Source of the DNA: Candidatus Woesearchaeota archaeon
Lineage (GTDB): Archaea > Nanobdellota > Nanobdellia > Woesearchaeales > GCA-2686295
Reading direction: 5' to 3'
NCBI GenBank assembly: GCA_002686295.1
Contig: NZBB01000006.1
Span: 2,084-58,771, forward strand
Length of the DNA stretch: 56,688 nucleotides
Numbering within the stretch: position 1 is the stretch's first letter; every line of letters starts with the position of its first letter. Shown here in pieces: positions 54,368 through 56,688 of this stretch. Made by a program: the position numbers and the translations under genes. The notes under the pieces are model-generated. The model had not been told where the DNA came from and did not search any database. It saw only the letters and a list, made by a program, of their open reading frames with translations.

Positions 54368-56688
54368 ATGAAAAAAGAGGTGTTAATTTTACTGCTGATA
54401 TTATTATCTGTAGCTCAAGCTCAAGAAACTTACATAAAAGATGAAATAACAGTAACAAATTCCAGGCCTGAAATAACTGTTGTTTTCGATGAGCAGGTCA
54501 CAATAGTTACAGCACAGATAATCGGACTTGAAGAAAATATTTTCTACAGCGTTAATTATACAACAGAAGACAATATTTTATTCCTCATGAATGCCAACAA
54601 CTACTTGATAAATGGAAATTATGAATTGCAGATATATTATCAGGATTATATGGGCAATCCAAGCCAGGTTATTCAGCCGTTCATCGTTGATGCCCCCGCA
54701 ATGAATATCTGGATTGAAAGTCCGCCTCTTGGTGCTTCTCAAATAGAAGTTTTTGATGTAACAGTTAAATCAGAAGAAGATTCACAATGCAGATATTCTC
54801 CAATACAAAATCCTCCTCCTAATGCTTTCAACTATAATTTTTTGTTTGACTTGGAAGAGAGCACAAGTCACTTTGCTTATGGTATTAACAGTGAGGAAAG
54901 TCTTTTCTATCTAAACAACCCTTCGCCTGATGAAAATGGTTTTTACGCAGACTTCTATGTAAAATGCAATGATGAAAATGGTATAACTCATCTTGCAGAA
55001 TTATACTTAACTTATGATCCAACACCACCATCTTTGGGAGTTTCTATAACTCCCAACCCAATCACTGATCCAAACGAACCATTTACAGAGCTAACATTGA
55101 CATCGACTGACAGAGTTGTCTGTACTTATACAGAAAATGGCGAGCAGAATGAATTCGATGATTATTATCCGGAAGAAGTTTTATCTTACAAAAAAGAGCA
55201 TTTGTTGATACTTGATTTTACAGAATTAGGGAACAGACCAATTCAAGAGTTGTTTGATGAAGAATTATTTGAATATGATATAACCTGCACAAACCTTGCA
55301 GGATTAACTGCAACTGCTGGAGTAAGTTTAACAGTTGCTTTTGAGGATGAATTCTCTATTAATATGAATTCTCCGGGTAGTTATACCAATGAAGAATCTG
55401 TTGATTTCGAGATTGAAACAAGCATTCAAACGCTTGGAGGATGTATTTATGGTGTTGGAACGGCTGACAATGATTTTTCAGAAGTAATCGATAACAAGGT
55501 TTACAAAACAAATCTTGGCTCATTAGCTGAAGGAGAATATTCTTATGTTGTCAATTGTGTTGCTTTAAGCTCAAAAACAAAAACTCTTGATTTCGCTGTT
55601 GATAGGACAGAACCAGTTAATTTGAGCATTGAAATGGGTGAGAATTCCTGCTCTTTAGATACTGTGAATGCGATTGTCAGTGCTTCTGATGATAATGAGA
55701 TTGATAGGTTTAATTACAGCGTTGTTAAAGTTAGTGATATTCTGGTTGAAGGCTCAACTAATTCAGGAGAGATATCACAAAGAGTTGACATGGAAGAAAA
55801 TGAAACTTACAAATTAGTCGTTACTGCTTATGATGAAGCAAACAATTTTTTGCAAGGAGAAAAAAGCTTTGTTGCAAAGCCAAGCTCCGCTGTTGAATGC
55901 GATTATGTTTCGCCAAATACATTCATTGAAGAAACACCTACTTCAGAAGGTTTAGTTGTTGATATTGGATGTTCTGATATAGACTCTGGATGTCTGTCTG
56001 CCTTTAAATATGGTTTGTCTTCAGAAACAGAAACTTGCAATATATTAGAACACACTCAGAATTTGAATGAAAGTATTATTTTATTATCAGATCAAATTGT
56101 TTGTTGGATTGTTTATGATTTAAACAATAACAATGCTACTGGAGAGGAATTCGTTGAGTTCATAACTCCTGAAGAGGTTTTTCCTCCTCACTGCTTTAAC
56201 AATGAAACTGATGCGTTTGAAACTGATGTTGACTGCGGAGGAGAGTGCGTTGTTTGTGAAAGTGGTTCTGCATGCTTTGATAATAGCGATTGCAGTTCCA
56301 ATTCATGCAATCCATTGATTTTGGAATGTGTTGAGCCAAATTGTGAAAACAATTATCAAGATGGGGATGAATCAGATGTTGATTGTGGCGGTTCTTGTAA
56401 TATTTGTAGTTTAGGTCAAAGCTGTTCTTCAGATAATGATTGTGAAACAGATGTTTGCAGTAATAGTATTTGTTCTGAAGACTTAACTACTGACACAGAT
56501 TATGATGGTATGCCTGATTACTGGGAAGAAGAATACAATTTCGATATTAACGACCCCACAGACGCTGACGAAGATACAGACAATGACGGTTTCACAAACT
56601 TGGAAGAATTTAAAGCAGGCACAGACCCATTAGATGAAAACAGCAAACCAAAAACCGGAGACTCTGACAAAGACGGAATGCTTGATTA
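54368..56688 (+). CDS. giant exported protein 3 (partial, more than 773 aa, runs off the window)
   Basis: Absent from the ORF track because there is no stop in the window. My manual translation from ATG 54368 is open to the end:
- signal MKKEVLILLLILLSVAQA|QE
- Ig-like modules
- two DVDCGGxC modules
- a thrombospondin-type-3-like DxDxDG...NLEEFKAGTDP repeat. Confidence 0.8.
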   Translation, partial: MKKEVLILLLILLSVAQAQETYIKDEITVTNSRPEITVVFDEQVTIVTAQIIGLEENIFYSVNYTTEDNILFLMNANNYLINGNYELQIYYQDYMGNPSQVIQPFIVDAPAMNIWIESPPLGASQIEVFDVTVKSEEDSQCRYSPIQNPPPNAFNYNFLFDLEESTSHFAYGINSEESLFYLNNPSPDENGFYADFYVKCNDENGITHLAELYLTYDPTPPSLGVSITPNPITDPNEPFTELTLTSTDRVVCTYTENGEQNEFDDYYPEEVLSYKKEHLLILDFTELGNRPIQELFDEELFEYDITCTNLAGLTATAGVSLTVAFEDEFSINMNSPGSYTNEESVDFEIETSIQTLGGCIYGVGTADNDFSEVIDNKVYKTNLGSLAEGEYSYVVNCVALSSKTKTLDFAVDRTEPVNLSIEMGENSCSLDTVNAIVSASDDNEIDRFNYSVVKVSDILVEGSTNSGEISQRVDMEENETYKLVVTAYDEANNFLQGEKSFVAKPSSAVECDYVSPNTFIEETPTSEGLVVDIGCSDIDSGCLSAFKYGLSSETETCNILEHTQNLNESIILLSDQIVCWIVYDLNNNNATGEEFVEFITPEEVFPPHCFNNETDAFETDVDCGGECVVCESGSACFDNSDCSSNSCNPLILECVEPNCENNYQDGDESDVDCGGSCNICSLGQSCSSDNDCETDVCSNSICSEDLTTDTDYDGMPDYWEEEYNFDINDPTDADEDTDNDGFTNLEEFKAGTDPLDENSKPKTGDSDKDGMLD

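Overview
A 56.7-kb, strongly AT-rich, tightly packed archaeal chromosome segment. The archaeal assignment rests on RpoD/RpoN, L18e, RNase P Rpp21, Bud32, ABCE1, a family-B DNA polymerase, an MCM-type AAA+ protein and deoxyhypusine synthase. Short genes, frequent ATGA start/stop overlaps, GGAGGTGA-type Shine-Dalgarno leaders, some bacterial-type enzymes and giant exported proteins fit a reduced-genome (DPANN-like) archaeon; that lineage call is inference only.

I support about 53 protein genes, three tRNAs and one SRP (7S) RNA. The tRNAs are Arg-TCT (with an insertion in the D-loop), Cys-GCA and Leu-GAG. The SRP RNA lies in the only GC-rich non-coding island.

Gene order, left to right:
- an E1-like ThiF protein
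- a translationally coupled deoxyhypusine synthase / PLP decarboxylase / agmatinase operon
- sugar and glycan genes and a radical SAM protein
- CysRS and ValRS, then two tRNAs flanking twin palindromes, then TrmI
- a thioredoxin-like protein, membrane proteins and exported proteins
- ABCE1 and PolB
- an N-terminally truncated MCM with a divergently encoded winged-helix protein
- CutA, MscS, class-I GAPDH, an AlkD-like protein and PGK
- Rpp21 and Bud32
- an exported Lon-type peptidase, a PLD-family lipoprotein and a presenilin homologue
- SRP RNA and a bacterial-type LeuRS
- the conserved S13-S4-S11-RpoD-tRNA-L18e-L13-S9-RpoN block
- an 11.7-kb run of three giant cysteine-rich exported proteins that continues past the window edge

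No rRNA, CRISPR array, transposase or integrase was seen.

Best candidates for new biology:
- the giant surface-protein cluster, whose first gene has a prepilin-like signal
- the split mini-MCM
- an ABCE1 that has lost exactly one Fe-S ligand set
- a promoter/leader cassette duplicated in front of two unrelated genes
- twin perfect palindromes between the tRNA genes

All family calls come from motif recognition by eye, not from database searches.
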